From positions 45,573 through 109,572 of the forward strand of contig JAZSNS010000027.1 of NCBI GenBank assembly GCA_045536535.1: a stretch of DNA of 64,000 nucleotides, given 5' to 3'. The stretch comes from Eubacteriales bacterium. Its GTDB lineage: Bacteria > Bacillota > Clostridia > Oscillospirales > CAG-382. The notes below the pieces were generated by a model. It was not told the DNA's origin, searched no databases, and was given only the letters and a program-made list of their open reading frames with translations. Of this stretch, positions 60,719 to 64,000 are shown in pieces. Position 1 is the first letter of the stretch. Each line of letters begins with the position of its first letter. The position numbers and the translations under genes were made by a program.

Positions 60719-60751
60719 GCGAGACTTCCCATAAGGAAGTCTCGCAGTTTT
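60719..60751 (+). terminator. Terminator after recR
   Basis: GCGAGACTTCC / GGAAGTCTCGC followed by AGTTTT. Confidence 0.7.
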
Positions 60752-60921
60752 ATTCGCCAAATATATTTGTCGAGTGATATTGCTTCGCAGTTTTATTATG
60801 CTACGCATAGTGGTATTGGCTGCGGCAGTTTAGGCGAATAAAATACCACTGAAACCGTAAAGTTTCAATAACACTATTGCTTTTGGCAATAATATCACTC
60901 CGACGGAGTCGGAATAAAACT
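60746..60921. repeat. Nested inverted-repeat element: 4+4 nonamers with interspersed hairpins
   Basis: AGTTTTATT, AGTGATATT, AGTTTTATT, AGTGGTATT then AATACCACT, AATAACACT, AATATCACT, AATAAAACT. Confidence 0.85.
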
Positions 60922-60949
60922 TGACGAACATTATAATTTTGCGTATAAT
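60921..60949 (+). promoter_or_regulatory. sigma-A promoter starting at the last base of the repeat element
   Basis: TTGACG-N17-TATAAT. Confidence 0.7.
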
Positions 60950-61092
60950 GATCCTGAAGTTAAATGTTTTTGCAAGCATTTTGCAAATAAGGGTTTGAGA
61001 TTGGTCCTTGACCGCATTTGTAAAGACGAATGCGATGCCGGTTCTTCTTATAAGTCCGTTCGATAATTACTGATTTGTTTGGAGGTTTTACT

Positions 61093-61362
61093 ATGAAATC
61101 GAAGTGGAAAGATGCTCCCATGTTGCATAAGATTGTAACGATAATATCCATTCTTGCAAGTTTTTCCGTTGTTGTTTTGGCGGTATTACAGATGTTTGAT
61201 GTATGGAATCAAGCAATCAATATTTATATGCCCTTGATGGGAGTAACTATGCTTTGCCAAGCTTATATGCTATGGAATAAAAGTCGGAAAGTTGCATATT
61301 TCAGCATAGGAACGGCAGTATTCATTTTCATCTGTACAATTATTGTATTTTTTGTCAAGTAA
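61093..61362 (+). CDS. Small 3-TM hypothetical protein
   Basis: GGAGG RBS then ATG 61093; 89 aa, hydrophobic. Confidence 0.75.
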   Translation: MKSKWKDAPMLHKIVTIISILASFSVVVLAVLQMFDVWNQAINIYMPLMGVTMLCQAYMLWNKSRKVAYFSIGTAVFIFICTIIVFFVK

Positions 61363-61397
61363 CAAACGCACGGTGTATGCAAATTCCAAATTATAGA

Positions 61398-61442
61398 ATA
61401 ATAAAACTCCGACATATTCAAAATCTGTCGGAGTTTTATTAT
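61398..61442. terminator. Bidirectional terminator-like hairpin
   Basis: ATAATAAAACTCCGACA / TGTCGGAGTTTTATTAT. Confidence 0.75.
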
Positions 61443-61480
61443 CTTTATGAGAAGCAGCCTTAACGACTCTGCTTTTTGAT

Positions 61481-62086
61481 TTATATACCAAATAATGAAA
61501 TATTTGTCAGATGTTCAAAAAGAATCTTCGCGCCGAGGAGAATCAGCACAATTCCGCCCGCAATTTCAGCGCGGTTGTTGAGTTTGTTTTCTAAGATCTT
61601 ACCTACTTTAACTCCAAATGTTGACAAAACAAACGTAATAACAGCAATCAAGAAACATGAAGCGAATATTCCGAGAGCCAGATTTTCGCTTTTAAGTGGC
61701 ATCGAATCACAGGAAAAGACGATACCAACCGCCATTGCATCAATGCTTGTTGCGATTGCGAGAACTATCATTTCTTTAAATGAAAGCGCGTTGCAGCCAT
61801 CGCTTTCTTTGTCGGGATGAGTACCCTCCCATATCATTTTAATACCAATAAACAAAAGCAATGTGAATGCTATCCAATGGTCAAACTCACGAATTATCGT
61901 TCCAAAAGAATTCGCCAGAAAATATCCCATCAAAGGCATCAGTCCTTGGAAAATACCGAAATATGCTCCGACTTTTAAAGCATCGGAGTTCTTGGCCTTT
62001 CCTAACGTTATCCCTTTGCATATTGACACCGAAAAGGCGTCCAACGAAAGTATTATCGCATACGACAAAACAATAAATATGTTCAT
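61481..62086 (-). CDS. mntP: Manganese efflux pump MntP family
   Basis: LSLDAFSVS, FQGLMP, DHWIAF, ATSIDA, AEIAGG. Confidence 0.9.
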   Translation of the reverse strand: MNIFIVLSYAIILSLDAFSVSICKGITLGKAKNSDALKVGAYFGIFQGLMPLMGYFLANSFGTIIREFDHWIAFTLLLFIGIKMIWEGTHPDKESDGCNALSFKEMIVLAIATSIDAMAVGIVFSCDSMPLKSENLALGIFASCFLIAVITFVLSTFGVKVGKILENKLNNRAEIAGGIVLILLGAKILFEHLTNISLFGI

Positions 62087-62164
62087 TGTTACCTCATTAT
62101 AAATTGAGTATCCCGAATTTAATATAATAAATGTCAGTTGAATATACTTGTATTGGGTGACACG

Positions 62165-62773
62165 ATGAAGAAGAAGCTTTTATGTTTAACACTTGTTTTA
62201 ATGATTATCCTGACATTATTTACATTTCGATTTTCTAAATACTATTCGGCATCTTGCGACGTTTATGCACAAAATGGCATAAAAGGAGGTTTAACAAGAG
62301 AAATCAATTTGAATATCATTAATGAACTCAATAACGAAAAAACAACAAATAATCAATTAGTAAACATTAAATATCAATCAAGCGGTCAGATAAGCTCAAT
62401 AGAAATGAACTCTGTACAGATAAATTTACTTGCAAACAAACTGTCAGATGTCGTTTATGACTCAATAAGGACCTCTAACCACGATTTCGGTGTGCCTCTG
62501 GGCAATGCTTTGGGTTCAAAATTGTTTTCAGGTAAAGGGCCTGAGATAAAAATTGATATAGTACCTGTCGGCGCGGTTTCCTACGAAATAAAGAGCGAAA
62601 TGAGTAGCGGCGGTATTAACCAAACTCTTCATCGCGTTTATATCGAATACACGACCGAGATAGAATGTTTAGCTCCGTTTTACAAATCCAAAACAACGAT
62701 TGAAAATTCGGTTATAATCTCCGAAACGCTTATCGTCGGAAAGGTTCCCGAAGTCATTTTACCAAAAATTTAA
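62165..62773 (+). CDS. yunB: Sporulation protein YunB
   Basis: VPLG, GKGPEI, GINQTLHRVY, ETLIVGKVP. Confidence 0.88.
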   Translation: MKKKLLCLTLVLMIILTLFTFRFSKYYSASCDVYAQNGIKGGLTREINLNIINELNNEKTTNNQLVNIKYQSSGQISSIEMNSVQINLLANKLSDVVYDSIRTSNHDFGVPLGNALGSKLFSGKGPEIKIDIVPVGAVSYEIKSEMSSGGINQTLHRVYIEYTTEIECLAPFYKSKTTIENSVIISETLIVGKVPEVILPKI

Positions 62774-63525
62774 AAATTCATCTTGCGAGCACATTCAAAA
62801 GCAATAATCGAAATTGCACTGCATGCAGGCAACGAATAATGACAGTTTCTGGGATATTTGATTTTCAGACAAGTGTCTGAAATGTCGAGAATCTCTTGTT
62901 TAATGCCGCGTTTTTCGCCCCCGAAAACAAGACAAAGCGGCTTGCTCAATTTACAACGGTAAAGATCTTTCGCCTTTGCGTTCTTCGCGGTTGAAACAAT
63001 TTGATAGCCGTTTTCTTTCAATTTTTTACATGCTTCGGCAAGATCGGAAACACAGCACGCTTTGATCAGTTCAGATGCTCCTGCCGACGAACGGATGACG
63101 GTATCACTTGCGGTAAAGAAATTGCGTTCGGGTAAAATCACTGCATCGACACCGGCAGCATAAAGCGAGCGTAAGGCATATGCAAAATTGAAAGGATCCT
63201 CAATGCCGTCGAGCATAACTATGTATCCGTTCCGAAGAGAGAAAACCTCTTCGGACGGTGTGAAAATTCGCTCCCCGACCTCGGCGGCGATTCCGCCCGC
63301 ATTCGGGTTTTGCATTATTTCTGCAAATTCATCGCTCGAAACAAATTCGACATCAGCGCCGCAATTTAGAAGAGCCGCGTACTGTCGCTGTTCCGGCACG
63401 CGCAATTCGGAACGCATTACATTGTTATATCGGTTCTTTTCAATAAAAATCTTGTAAATATGTCGGCTTTTTGCTTCAATAACGCTTTTTACAGAAACAA
63501 AACCTCCGAGAACTGTCTTATTCAT
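62770..63525 (-). CDS. TrmH/SpoU-family RNA 2'-O-methyltransferase
   Basis: LDGIEDPFN, RSSAGA, VFGGEKRG, SLPACSA. Confidence 0.85.
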   Translation of the reverse strand: MNKTVLGGFVSVKSVIEAKSRHIYKIFIEKNRYNNVMRSELRVPEQRQYAALLNCGADVEFVSSDEFAEIMQNPNAGGIAAEVGERIFTPSEEVFSLRNGYIVMLDGIEDPFNFAYALRSLYAAGVDAVILPERNFFTASDTVIRSSAGASELIKACCVSDLAEACKKLKENGYQIVSTAKNAKAKDLYRCKLSKPLCLVFGGEKRGIKQEILDISDTCLKIKYPRNCHYSLPACSAISIIAFECARKMNF

Positions 63526-64000
63526 TTCCTGATTCTCCGGTTAAAATATTTAGTGCGGGAATAAAATCCCCTGCAACCGCATTCGTGGAATAACACATTG
63601 TGATTAAATGATCGTACTCCCTTGACGCAAGAAATTCCGCAATTGGAGTTTTGAACTTTTTGGGATTGATATAGTCGATTTTAGCATAATGTGAAGCAAG
63701 AAACGGTAACATGGGCGCAACACTGCTGTCGCCGATGATCAGCAAATTACCGCCTTCTGCATTTGAACAGATCTCATATCTTCCCGCTTCTCTTCCGAGA
63801 TAAATATTATATCTGGTTTGCGTAGACACCTCGTTGTTTCCGAGTGAATAATCCGAATAGACCGTTTCGCCGTCATAAACGTACATTTTGGTGTAAATTT
63901 CGGGAGCGCTGGAATATGATATGAATTTATCGGGATTTTGAAACATTGAATCGGAAGCAGTTGCGGTGTAATAACTTCCCAGAAAATCACCTTCGTATTT
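63518..64000 (-). CDS. DHHW/AlgX-like SGNH protein (partial, 5' end outside the window)
   Basis: Frame stays open to the window end (KYEGDFLGSYY...); LLIIGDSS...FLASHY..IDYI pattern. Confidence 0.55.
   Translation of the reverse strand, partial: KYEGDFLGSYYTATASDSMFQNPDKFISYSSAPEIYTKMYVYDGETVYSDYSLGNNEVSTQTRYNIYLGREAGRYEICSNAEGGNLLIIGDSSVAPMLPFLASHYAKIDYINPKKFKTPIAEFLASREYDHLITMCYSTNAVAGDFIPALNILTGESGNE

Noticed and set aside
60746-60921. CRISPR interpretation of the nonamer array
   Set aside because: Repeats are 9 nt, spacers 7-24 nt and palindromic, orientation flips midway, and there are no cas genes.

Overview
Core-chromosome window (GC roughly low-40s %, by eye) from a spore-forming member of the Clostridia, probably Oscillospirales/Eubacteriales-like. 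It carries about 60 mostly housekeeping CDSs: murE/dapF/lysA, a Na+-translocating oxaloacetate-decarboxylase operon, sigG, a CiaRH-like two-component system, potABCD followed by a large GHL10 lipoprotein, rpsF-ssb-rpsR, recA-recX-rimO-pgsA-cysS-mrnC-lexA, a YtrA/ABC cassette, radA, xerD, lon-engB and ffs-dnaX-ybaB-recR. There are two tRNAs and a large (Alu-type) SRP RNA. I saw no CRISPR array, prophage or transposase. The most striking unexplained feature is a ~176-nt non-coding element after recR (60746-60921). It has four AGT(G/T)NTATT nonamers followed by four reverse-complement copies that pair in nested, co-varying order, each separated by its own small hairpin, which predicts a ladder of four-way junctions; its last base starts a near-consensus promoter. 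Other points of interest: an RBS-sequestering hairpin overlapping a sigma-F-like promoter of a relocated sigG, a CiaR-type direct repeat, a non-canonical tRNA-Arg(CCG), a XerD with Lys in place of the catalytic Arg, and lexA at the end of the recA operon. All calls come from reading the sequence by eye; no searches were run.
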